DNA of 37,433 bases from a virus (taxonomy: Duplodnaviria > Caudoviricetes): IMG/VR virus record IMGVR_UViG_3300031949_001698, positions 1 through 37,433 of that record. One strand, 5' to 3'. This document shows, piece by piece, positions 27,820 to 36,454 of this stretch. Both the position numbers and the translations under genes were made by a program. The notes below the pieces were generated by a model. It saw only the letters and a program-made list of their open reading frames with translations. It ran no database searches and was not told the DNA's origin. Within the stretch, counting starts at the first letter, position 1, and each line of letters starts with the position of its first letter.

Positions 27820-28467
27820 TTATGGTTTAGGCCGTGAAACTGCACCAATCGTTATATTTCTAGGAGAACTAGCTGCAATATCAAGGTAATATACTGTAGT
27901 CGTATCACTAGCATTAATAATATGTTCAGGTATAATTAGCAAATCCCCGGAACTCATATCTCCTGTAAAAATCAAATTTCCTGCGTCAATAACATCTAAA
28001 GAGGATACGCTGGCTAAATCCAAATATGGAATTTTAGCAGAACCATTATTTGGGTTGTTCCACCCAGTAGGTGTTAATGTTAACAATGTAAGCGCAGAAG
28101 TCGCTATACTGGAATACCTATAAAGTTTGACAACTTTTTCGTCGTCTCCATGACCATCAACCCAAATTACCGATATTTTTTTAGCTTCGTCTCCTTGCAA
28201 ATCAGTGTTAGTCCTAATCTGATAATATGCAGCCGAAGTTCCTGTGTTAATGTAACTGAATAGATTGCCTTCTTCTACATCTTTCTGATACTGTGTCTTG
28301 TTTACAACTACAATTTCCCTATAGCCATTATTCATTACATATGCTGATTGGTTATCCTCAGCAGCAGCGTTACCCCCTGAAAAGGTTAGACGCCCTTCAT
28401 CTGTAAAACCTTTCAATAGCATCAATAAAAGCATTGATACCATAATTAGACTTATAATTTTTCTCAT
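27820..28467 (-). CDS. Beta-rich protein with signal-peptide-like N-terminus
   Basis: AAGGAG RBS before ATG 28467; MRKIISLIMVSMLLLMLLKG. Confidence 0.7.
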   Translation of the reverse strand: MRKIISLIMVSMLLLMLLKGFTDEGRLTFSGGNAAAEDNQSAYVMNNGYREIVVVNKTQYQKDVEEGNLFSYINTGTSAAYYQIRTNTDLQGDEAKKISVIWVDGHGDDEKVVKLYRYSSIATSALTLLTLTPTGWNNPNNGSAKIPYLDLASVSSLDVIDAGNLIFTGDMSSGDLLIIPEHIINASDTTTVYYLDIAASSPRNITIGAVSRPKP

Positions 28468-28486
28468 CTGTTTCTCCTTTTTTAAT

Positions 28487-28518
28487 TGTAGGAGGCCGCT
28501 GGATGCCAACCTCCTACA
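28487..28518 (-). promoter_or_regulatory. Hairpin after the capsid genes (attenuator/processing site candidate)
   Basis: Perfect 9-bp inverted repeat TGTAGGAGG/CCTCCTACA. Confidence 0.5.
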
Positions 28519-28554
28519 TATTACAAACCGCCCAAACTTAATGTTTGGGAACTT

Positions 28555-28974
28555 TTATACCCTGGAGTTAGATCCTTCCAATGTAAAGGTAACAACTGCC
28601 GTATCCGCATCATGTCCCAAGACCAAATCAATGGTATCAGCGGAAGTATATTTCCAGCCGGGGCCGACTTCATCTGTCGCTTCTAATGTCCCGACCATTT
28701 GCCCATTTCCAGCAGAGTTTAGGTTGATTGCAGCATCATACCTATCAGGGTTTGACTCATCCCCAACATTCCCGGTAAGTGTCCCGCCTTCCGCTGTATC
28801 AACATGGTGTAATACCCTCTTCGCAACAAAGCCAGGCAAAACATTAAAAAGTTGGATTACATCACCGGCAGAACAATTAAGTGTTGAAAAATCTACTATT
28901 ACTTGTTCATACACAGGGCAAGGGAAGTGGACAACCGTTGCCTGATTTTGTAACCATTTATTCACAGTTCCCAT
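28555..28974 (-). CDS. Capsid decoration / cement protein (putative)
   Basis: Follows the major capsid gene; AGDVIQLFNVLPG, GNVGD...DRY, YTSADTIDL. Confidence 0.7.
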   Translation of the reverse strand: MGTVNKWLQNQATVVHFPCPVYEQVIVDFSTLNCSAGDVIQLFNVLPGFVAKRVLHHVDTAEGGTLTGNVGDESNPDRYDAAINLNSAGNGQMVGTLEATDEVGPGWKYTSADTIDLVLGHDADTAVVTFTLEGSNSRV

Positions 28975-28992
28975 ATTCTTTTTTCCTTTCTG

Positions 28993-30090
28993 TTATTTAA
29001 GTGTTACTACCGCCGTAAGGCAGTTAAATGCTTTGTTGTCATCGGCAGCAATAGTCTGAGCAACACCCATGTTACTGTTTACATAAATAGAATCAATCGT
29101 CCCTGTTTTATCAGTAGCTTCCTTGTCTGGCAGTGTCATCCCTGGAGCATAAAGTCCACCCTGAGCGCCCATTAGTAAGATTTTTGCATATCTTACACCA
29201 TTCACTTTATAGATAGGCATCCTATCACTATAAAGGCAGACGAAACCTTCATATTGACCCAAGACGTGTTTCCTTGCATAACCAGCCATCAAAGGATTGT
29301 CCCCAGTTTGGCTGTACTGGTAACTTTCCATGTACGTTCGCCAGTTAGCTGTATTCTTCAATGGCAGATATGCGGCAGGGTTTGCGATAACAAAGAAAAC
29401 ATCCTTGTATCCGATTGCACTTGCTGGTACGAAACGCCGGTAAGTGTATACCGTCCCACTATCGTTAGAGTAATAACCATTCTTTAAATCTACCCACCAA
29501 TTAGAAAGGGTAGAAAAGGTGAAATAATCCCCATCAGCAATATCTGTTCCAGCCCCAGTGTTGATCGTATAATGCGCCGGGTTAGCAAACAGGGTTGCTG
29601 GCGTTGTAGCTAAAAGTTTATCAATTAAACCGTCGCCATCCCCAATAGCCTTAGAGTTCCCATTGGAATCAATCCCATCATAACCACCTTCAATCCGGTC
29701 TGCATACCACCTTGCAATTCTGTTTTTCACCAGTTCATCTTTATCTAAGATAAGGTATTGTTTTTCTCTCTTGTCCCCGACTTCTAACCCATACTGTCTG
29801 GCAGTTAAATCGATAGAGGTAGTTGTATTGGCCAATTTATCTTCTTGACCTTCTGCTGTTATATGAAGACCTTTTACCCCAAGTGAAGGTCTTCCTGTGT
29901 CTAACGGTATCCCATCGGCTTTCCAGCCGCTGCCCGCTCTCTTCAAATCATTTATGGTCAAGATTGGGGCTTTGTGTCCACCAATTAATTGACCAAAAAG
30001 ATTATCTTGTTCCCCAACTTCTATTCCCTCTGCAATCAAAGCAACCTTTGACCCAGGGTAAGAAGTTAGATATTTTGTTTTTACTGGCAT
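28993..30090 (-). CDS. Major capsid protein (N4-gp56/DUF4043-like)
   Basis: Position after the scaffold; EGQEDKL, DNPLMAG...LGQYEG, LLMGAQG. Confidence 0.8.
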   Translation of the reverse strand: MPVKTKYLTSYPGSKVALIAEGIEVGEQDNLFGQLIGGHKAPILTINDLKRAGSGWKADGIPLDTGRPSLGVKGLHITAEGQEDKLANTTTSIDLTARQYGLEVGDKREKQYLILDKDELVKNRIARWYADRIEGGYDGIDSNGNSKAIGDGDGLIDKLLATTPATLFANPAHYTINTGAGTDIADGDYFTFSTLSNWWVDLKNGYYSNDSGTVYTYRRFVPASAIGYKDVFFVIANPAAYLPLKNTANWRTYMESYQYSQTGDNPLMAGYARKHVLGQYEGFVCLYSDRMPIYKVNGVRYAKILLMGAQGGLYAPGMTLPDKEATDKTGTIDSIYVNSNMGVAQTIAADDNKAFNCLTAVVTLK

Positions 30091-30093
30091 ATT

Positions 30094-30888
30094 TTATTCC
30101 TTTCTTTTTGTTAACTCACGGTATTTTGCTGCACTACCAGGGTTATTCCTAAAATAAGTCATCTGCTCCTCAGATGTCATTTCCCCAACAATCTCAACGA
30201 GTCCTCTCACTGTTTGTTGACTTGTCCCTTTGCCCAATACTGGCTTAGAATTATTAGTGGCATTATTTATCATCTTTGCCACCTTTGTAGGATTAACAAT
30301 CTCTTTGGCGATTTTCTTTCTATAGATTTCGTTTGCGAAATCAGCTAATTCAACAGGAGTAAACGCACCAAGCCTTACTTCCGCTATTTGTGAATTATCG
30401 TATCCCTGTTTTTCCATTTCTTCTGCGACTTCATCCAATTTTACCCCAGGATACAACTTAGAAAAATCATCCTTATTTCGAGCCGTTGCCTGTGCGATAT
30501 TGTTAAGTTGGCGCCATTGATCTATTGCAGGCATCAAAGGCGCTATTTTGCGGTCAAAATACTGGTCTAACTGTTGCTGGGATTCTGGTTCAAACTCAAC
30601 CGAGTTTTGTGTTGGTGCAACAGGTTGAGGTTGATATGCTTGTGGATTTGCTACGGACTTTTCCCCATAAAGTTCAGTCCTTAAATCCCGCTTCTTCTCT
30701 CTTCCTTTAAGAGAAGAATAGTCATGTTCCAGTTTCGCAATCTTCTCCTGTAACTCATCTACAGTAGGTTCGGCGACTAGGGGAGTCTCAGATTGTTCAT
30801 CAATTCCTTCCTCCGCAACAACTTCTAGTTCACTTCCATGCTCAGGCGTAACTACTTCTTGTCCTACTTCTTGTTCTAAATCCGGCAT
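30094..30888 (-). CDS. Capsid scaffolding protein
   Basis: Acidic N-terminus, coiled coil, lies between portal and capsid; AAGGAG RBS before ATG 30888. Confidence 0.75.
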   Translation of the reverse strand: MPDLEQEVGQEVVTPEHGSELEVVAEEGIDEQSETPLVAEPTVDELQEKIAKLEHDYSSLKGREKKRDLRTELYGEKSVANPQAYQPQPVAPTQNSVEFEPESQQQLDQYFDRKIAPLMPAIDQWRQLNNIAQATARNKDDFSKLYPGVKLDEVAEEMEKQGYDNSQIAEVRLGAFTPVELADFANEIYRKKIAKEIVNPTKVAKMINNATNNSKPVLGKGTSQQTVRGLVEIVGEMTSEEQMTYFRNNPGSAAKYRELTKRKE

Positions 30889-31013
30889 TTTGTCTCCTTG
30901 CAAGCGGCATTGCCTTACGCCTTTCGGGATTAGGCTTTAGCTAGGGCTTGACTTCTTTTATTTTAAGCGATACGTTACTTTGCCCTTATCGGGGAGTTAA
31001 CGATACGGCTTAT

Positions 31014-33173
31014 TTAATAACCAGCGTTTGCTGGATTATTCCTTTGTTGTTTCATCTGTTCTGTCATTATTTTAAATTCACCAGCCATCTTTGTCTTTTC
31101 CTGTTCGGATTGCTGGCTGGCTTGTTGTTGCTGCATTTGTTCCTGCTTAAATTGTTGTATCATCGCCAATACTTTTTGTTTGCTTTTAAAATCAATTATA
31201 GGATTAAGTTCAATTAATATTTCCGGTGGAACCGGGAATTGTCCGCTTTTTACTGCTTCCATTAGGAATGAGTAATTTGCCAGCATTGTCGTTGGATTAT
31301 ACGGTGATTGGGTTGGCGTACAATCAAGTTTCCCAGCATCAGCATCTTTTAATCGTTCAGCTATTATTCCTTTCTCATCATCGGTAAATTTCCTGCCTGT
31401 TACTACTTCATTTTCTTCCTGACCGAAGTGGAAAACACTATTAGTGTAGTCATTATTTTCAAGTATCCGCATAACACGGTCAACGGTATAAACTTGTTTT
31501 GCCATTTTAAGAAACAATAGACCAAGAAATTTTTTAGATAATGCTAGATTATCAAATAAAATCTCGTTCCCCATTAGAGCTTGCTGTTTATTCTGCATTA
31601 CCTTAATGCCGCTTTCCGCCGTTGTTTCACCAGAGAAGGCAGGATTAAGGTTAAGGATAGTTTGCATAATAATTTTAATCTCTTGTAATAAGTTAAACAT
31701 ATAAGACGGTAAGTGTGATTCAGGGAACTTATATGGCGGATGATTAGTATCCGCAACCTCAATTACGGTGCCTGGGGTAGTTAAATCTTCTTCTAAACTT
31801 CTAGCTTCTTCCACCCCACCATGTTCCGGCATGGTATCTTTATCAATTAGGAAAACATCATTAACTGATCTGGAAACAAAGTCAAGTATTTTAGAAATAA
31901 GCTTATTATAAAATCTTTGTAAATCAAGGGTTAATTCAGCTTTCCCATAGTAATAATCCCCACATTTCTTATAATAAACAGGGATTATTGGGAGCATATC
32001 AATTTCAGAAATTTCATCTTTTAACAGGATAGATTCGCTTGCTAAAATTTGATGCCTGACATATTCTCGCTTTCTTTCTATTTTCTTAAATCCTAATGAT
32101 TCAAATTGCTTTAAATCAGGTGGTTTTTTATCAAATGTTGCGAAAAATCCGTCTTCAACATTAAGTATAGAATATATTTTTGCAAATTCCTTTTTCCACA
32201 ATTCAATAATGCGATATTCTTTTTTATTAATATCATAGGACTCTTTTAGAAAAGAAGATGCTTGCCCTGATATTGGGGCTTTCATGCTCTGCTCAAAAGT
32301 CGTTGCTATATCGGTTAACCCAGAACCCAAGTTTTCTAACTCTTCATTTTCATAAGCAGCCATTACTTCTGCTTTTGTCATATAAACACTTATGTAAACG
32401 TATGGAGCATCTTCACCGGCCATACCTTCATGTTCGCCAAAATAGACATTGCGCCAGGGGACTCTCCTGATCTTAATGTCCCCAAGTATATTTTTATCAT
32501 AATCTATGTATCCGATAAAGTTCCCCCTGCCAGTAATCCCCATATCTTCAACAACCTGATTTTCGTTAAACTCTGCGAGATTATTGTTTTGCTCTATCTT
32601 GGCAATCGCAGTATAAACATCTGCTATTAATTGGTCAGAATCCTCAGTCGGCATAAATTTTAAATCTGTTCTATTCTGCCTATGATGACCAAACAATAGA
32701 TTCATAAAGGATTGGATAAGGTTAATAGTTAATTTATTTCTTTTATCAGTATTTATCTCTATTTCTGATCCATCATTGTTTATCCATTGTTTGTTTGCAA
32801 CAGTGAATTGTTCAGACACATGTCCTCTCTGTTTTGAATCCTTCTCTCTGTCAAAAGCCGCTGAGATAAGAGGTTTAGCCATATTTAAGATTTCGCTATC
32901 TGTTAATTCAGGGATTTTTAATTCAGTAGAATCATTTGGGAGGATTTCTTCTATTGTTAAAATATGGGAATGTGTGGGTTCTCCTGCTTCTTCTATAATA
33001 ATTAACGATGGGTCTAATTGTGGCAAGTTATGAATTTTGGTAGTAACAGCGTGGGTATGTTCTTTTGAATCTGAACATTTAATTTGTGAACCAGAGACAT
33101 CATCAATATCATAATATAGCCAGTGATAGTGTCCGGCTGTGCCTATGCGGGATGTTTTCACCAGTTTTTTCAT
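31014..33173 (-). CDS. Portal protein (P22-like)
   Basis: LTINLIQ, PIIPVY, DLQRFYNK, ESGIKV, LFDNL, Gln-rich C-terminal barrel helix; follows TerL. Confidence 0.9.
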   Translation of the reverse strand: MKKLVKTSRIGTAGHYHWLYYDIDDVSGSQIKCSDSKEHTHAVTTKIHNLPQLDPSLIIIEEAGEPTHSHILTIEEILPNDSTELKIPELTDSEILNMAKPLISAAFDREKDSKQRGHVSEQFTVANKQWINNDGSEIEINTDKRNKLTINLIQSFMNLLFGHHRQNRTDLKFMPTEDSDQLIADVYTAIAKIEQNNNLAEFNENQVVEDMGITGRGNFIGYIDYDKNILGDIKIRRVPWRNVYFGEHEGMAGEDAPYVYISVYMTKAEVMAAYENEELENLGSGLTDIATTFEQSMKAPISGQASSFLKESYDINKKEYRIIELWKKEFAKIYSILNVEDGFFATFDKKPPDLKQFESLGFKKIERKREYVRHQILASESILLKDEISEIDMLPIIPVYYKKCGDYYYGKAELTLDLQRFYNKLISKILDFVSRSVNDVFLIDKDTMPEHGGVEEARSLEEDLTTPGTVIEVADTNHPPYKFPESHLPSYMFNLLQEIKIIMQTILNLNPAFSGETTAESGIKVMQNKQQALMGNEILFDNLALSKKFLGLLFLKMAKQVYTVDRVMRILENNDYTNSVFHFGQEENEVVTGRKFTDDEKGIIAERLKDADAGKLDCTPTQSPYNPTTMLANYSFLMEAVKSGQFPVPPEILIELNPIIDFKSKQKVLAMIQQFKQEQMQQQQASQQSEQEKTKMAGEFKIMTEQMKQQRNNPANAGY

Positions 33174-34762
33174 AGCGCTAATGCCCCATGACTTGAATGA
33201 TGAATCTTATTTTGTCTTTTGTCAATATATTTTTTTCTATACTCCACAAAATCATCAACATTAATACTGTTTATTTCTGAACTAATCGCTATTGCGTCAG
33301 CTCTGTCTGGAGATTTTTTTAATTCTTTTTTGGCAAAAGCTCGCCAATATCCTGAACTTGTATCAAATGTTAAACCACTAATTTGTTCAATCAACTTTAC
33401 GTCATCAGGTATTTTAATAAGTTTATCTTCAAAAAGCTTACGTGTCCTCTGCCATAGTTCGTCTCTATGAGTTTTGAATCTTATCCACCTATCGTTACTT
33501 CTGGGTGCGCTATTCATTTGCACCTTTACCAGCCGGTGTCCACCATTACCGGCAAACCCTGACGGATGATGTAAAATGGCATCATATAAACTACCGCCTC
33601 CATCCATTTCAATAGCTATTTTCCACATAATATCTTTAGGATATTCGCCGTTTTCAATTCCTGTTTTTATAAATCCCACCGCATCATCACAAATTCTATT
33701 AGCTAAAAGAATAGTATCGTCAATATGGTAACCCCATAATTTCTTGAACCACCAACCTTGACGTACGGCTAATACGCATTCGCAGCCATCGGCAGACCTT
33801 GCCGGGTCTATTGAGAACACTAATATGGAATTTTTGCTAGGGTTTAATTTCCTATTAACAGCTTCTTGCAGCCAACCCCAATTAATCATAGAATTACTGC
33901 TTGATGGGGGGAGAATACCATAAATATATTTATAAACTTCCGGACTGTCTTCACCATGAATCCTTATTTTTTCGGCTAAAAAGTCTTTATCGGCGAAGGG
34001 ACTTTCTCTTGCATCCCAGATAAGACATTCAAATAACTCTCTTTTAATTGTCTGTGTCTCAGCGGCATAACATACTGGGTTATCAGGATTATAACCAACC
34101 CACATAATTGAGACACAACCTTCTGCGCCCATTGAACTCTCAATTTCGTTGCATATTTCTCGTTCCAACCCACTTGCTTCAGTAAAAATAATAAATAATA
34201 TTGCAGGATGTTGGCCGGCAACGCTTTTCACATTTGAACTTGCGGCTTCAATTTTAATATAGCGCATCTGAGACATTTTTTGGGTTTCTTTATAATTACC
34301 AAAATTCATATAAACGCTTTTTTTCTGGACGATAATTTCATCTTTAAGCAAACTATTATCAATAAATTTGGTCATCTGCGCCCATGAAACATTTTTAACC
34401 TGGTCTTCATCCGGCCCAACAAAAATCACTATCGTATTCCCTGGGTAGCAGGTCATAGTTTCAATCGCTAACATAACCTCAATCCCAGTTTTCCCAGTGG
34501 ATTTACCGGCTTGATCGCTTACGCCAAGTTTTTTTGCTAATATTTTCTCTTCTTCTGTTAAGACTTCACCCTTCGCCTTCTTTAACTTAGCAGCGAATAT
34601 TTTCCCAAATGCTAATGCCGCCTCTGTTTGCTGCTTACTGAGGGCATCTTCTGAATTAGGTACTTTAGTTCGCAAAATATGTTTTGCGAAATAGGGCAAT
34701 CCTTCATTCTCAAACCGGCTTTTATATAGTTTTTCAACAAAATCAAGGTCTAATTCATTCAT
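33170..34762 (-). CDS. terL: Terminase large subunit
   Basis: Walker A AGKSTGKT, Walker-B-like FIIFTEASG, GYNP, nuclease FSIDPAR and SPDRADA. Confidence 0.92.
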   Translation of the reverse strand: MNELDLDFVEKLYKSRFENEGLPYFAKHILRTKVPNSEDALSKQQTEAALAFGKIFAAKLKKAKGEVLTEEEKILAKKLGVSDQAGKSTGKTGIEVMLAIETMTCYPGNTIVIFVGPDEDQVKNVSWAQMTKFIDNSLLKDEIIVQKKSVYMNFGNYKETQKMSQMRYIKIEAASSNVKSVAGQHPAILFIIFTEASGLEREICNEIESSMGAEGCVSIMWVGYNPDNPVCYAAETQTIKRELFECLIWDARESPFADKDFLAEKIRIHGEDSPEVYKYIYGILPPSSSNSMINWGWLQEAVNRKLNPSKNSILVFSIDPARSADGCECVLAVRQGWWFKKLWGYHIDDTILLANRICDDAVGFIKTGIENGEYPKDIMWKIAIEMDGGGSLYDAILHHPSGFAGNGGHRLVKVQMNSAPRSNDRWIRFKTHRDELWQRTRKLFEDKLIKIPDDVKLIEQISGLTFDTSSGYWRAFAKKELKKSPDRADAIAISSEINSINVDDFVEYRKKYIDKRQNKIHHSSHGALAL

Positions 34763-35406
34763 TAAAACACATTAACCTTTTCATCTGGCTTATTTAACAA
34801 GTCTTCCGATGTCCCCCGCATTAAGTGTAACGCATTCCACCAAACATGGAAAGATTTTAAAAACAAAATCTTCTTTCTCTCCTTGTTCTCTCTTATTTCC
34901 GCAACGATAGTGATCTGGTCGCCCACGTTAAGGTTCTTACAAAGCATTTCACCAAACGTTGCTTTATTTGTCCAGCAGTCTATACAAACAGGATCACCTC
35001 TTAGTTTTGATTTATCGCTATATTCAGAACCAGAGGCTATCTTAAAAACAAACCAGCGTTCCCCACTTTCACTAATTATCTCTTTTGGTTTACTAAAAAC
35101 TGCTCCAGTTAACAGTTGTGTGTTTTTTATCCCAATATTCTTAACTAAAAACTCCCAGTTACTTGCCCTCTCGCCAGAGGGTTTTATCCTGTTGTTCTCC
35201 CTTAACTTCCCCTCTATCTCAATCCAACGGCCATCTGAATATTCCTTCGCTATTTTCTCCGCAACCTCATAAAGAGCTACACAATGCGTTATCCCGCCAG
35301 CACCGTCAATATTAAAATTCACCACAAATGTATTATTCTTACCTATCGTTAAATCAATGGCCCCAACTATCTTACCTGAGATAAAACAAAGATTAATATC
35401 ACTCAT
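34762..35406 (-). CDS. Tandem OB-fold SSB-like protein
   Basis: Two SSB-like halves (INLCFISGKI...AEKIAKEYSDGRWIEIEGKL and NTQLLTGAV...LCKNLNVGDQITIVAEI); no acidic tail; start placed at MSDIN. Confidence 0.75.
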   Translation of the reverse strand: MSDINLCFISGKIVGAIDLTIGKNNTFVVNFNIDGAGGITHCVALYEVAEKIAKEYSDGRWIEIEGKLRENNRIKPSGERASNWEFLVKNIGIKNTQLLTGAVFSKPKEIISESGERWFVFKIASGSEYSDKSKLRGDPVCIDCWTNKATFGEMLCKNLNVGDQITIVAEIRENKERKKILFLKSFHVWWNALHLMRGTSEDLLNKPDEKVNVF

Positions 35407-35413
35407 AAAACAA

Positions 35414-35443
35414 AGCATAACAAATTAAATTTAATCTTGTCAA
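35414..35443 (-). promoter_or_regulatory. Sigma70-type promoter of the late operon
   Basis: Minus strand TTGACA-N18-TATGCT with TGn extension; palindrome ATTAAATTTAAT (35424-35435) in the spacer. Confidence 0.65.
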
Positions 35444-35877
35444 ACTAATAGCTTACCGGCGACTTAATAAAACTACTTCCGTTTAATACCAAATACTTAA
35501 AAAATAGCTTAAATTAAGATTTGGCTTGATTTATGTATCTCCAGCGCTGCTTTTCCTTATATACTCCAGTAGTTTAGACAAAAATCACCAAACGTTGCTA
35601 ATTAATAATAACTACGTACCATGACACTACATGGAATGTCAAGAAAAAAAACTTCTCCTAATCTATCTCATTAATAACTATAACCTTTTTCTTAAATACA
35701 CGTATTAAAAATACCACAATTTTAAACGTCAATCCTATTATAATTTAAACGGTCAAAAAATGTTTACCCCCTGGCTACCCCCCCCCAGTCAAAAAGATAG
35801 GTGATGGTAGTTACTAAGGGTAGCATAAATAATAATCAAGTCGCTCATTGCCGCTCGGGCTAGGCCAACCCGCTACG

Positions 35878-36051
35878 CTATATTGGCCAGGCAATGTTGG
35901 TAATTTCCGGGGAGGTGAAAGCAGGAGAAATCAGCATTACCTTTTTATTGACAGTAACTGAAGTAGCAATGGGAATAGTAACGCCGTTGGAAAGCTCGTC
36001 GATAATAGCCGGCACCTGGTCAATATCAACCGGAGTAACGCCGTTAGCCAT
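35878..36051 (-). CDS. Candidate 57-aa peptide
   Basis: Hand translation MANGVTPVDIDQVPAIIDELSNGVTIPIATSVTVNKKVMLISPAFTSPEITNIAWPI*; no clear RBS. Confidence 0.4.
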   Translation of the reverse strand: MANGVTPVDIDQVPAIIDELSNGVTIPIATSVTVNKKVMLISPAFTSPEITNIAWPI

Positions 36052-36087
36052 AGACTGCCAAAATGGCTTACAGAGGCAACTTAATGA

Positions 36088-36279
36088 TGTGGCAAATTTG
36101 CTACACTTTTAAAATCAAAAACCATGCCAACACAACAATATATTTAACATTTTAACGTTTTGGCATAAAAATAGATTTCAAAAGTGTGGAAAACCATGTG
36201 TATATTATGCCACACGATAATAGCAATAGTATCAAGTAGTTAGCTATAGCCTCCAAAATGATGTTGCAAATTTGCCACA
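36088..36279. promoter_or_regulatory. Three 18-bp TGT-N12-ACA near-palindromic protein-binding sites
   Basis: TGTGGCAAATTTGCTACA (36088), TGTGTATATTATGCCACA (36197), TGTTGCAAATTTGCCACA (36262). Confidence 0.7.
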
Positions 36280-36350
36280 AAATAAGAAAAACAGTAATAA
36301 GTAAGGTAGGGAGCAATAATACTAATATTATCAATAATAGCAATAAGTTA
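36230..36350 (+). promoter_or_regulatory. IHF-like sites
   Basis: TATCAAGTAGTTA (36230-36242) is an exact WATCAANNNNTTR match; TAGCAATAAGTTA (36338-36350) has one mismatch. Confidence 0.5.
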
Positions 36351-36367
36351 GAAGATAATAATATAAG

Positions 36368-36384
36368 TTGGCACAAGGATTGCA
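36368..36384 (+). promoter_or_regulatory. Sigma54 (RpoN) -24/-12 promoter
   Basis: TTGGCACAAGGATTGCA = TGGCAC-N5-TTGCA, intergenic, 70 nt before ATG 36455. Confidence 0.75.
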
Positions 36385-36454
36385 AGTATATATTGTGTAG
36401 AGAGATAATAAGCCGGTCAATTGAACGGTAAAAAAAAGGAGAAGGAGAAGGGAA

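Noticed and set aside
12689-35272. Numerous + strand ORFs within the late region
   Set aside because: Antisense to well-supported structural genes, with no RBS or motifs.
35610-35642. Second late promoter (TTGACA with CCATG-N6-CATGG in the spacer)
   Set aside because: The -10 candidate TACGTA lacks the conserved final T; too weak to list as a feature.
35894-36385. ORFs 35894-36112 (+) and 36152-36385 (-)
   Set aside because: The first looks like the antisense shadow of the 57-aa ORF. The second is Leu/Ile-rich from AT skew, lacks an RBS and overlies the regulatory sites.
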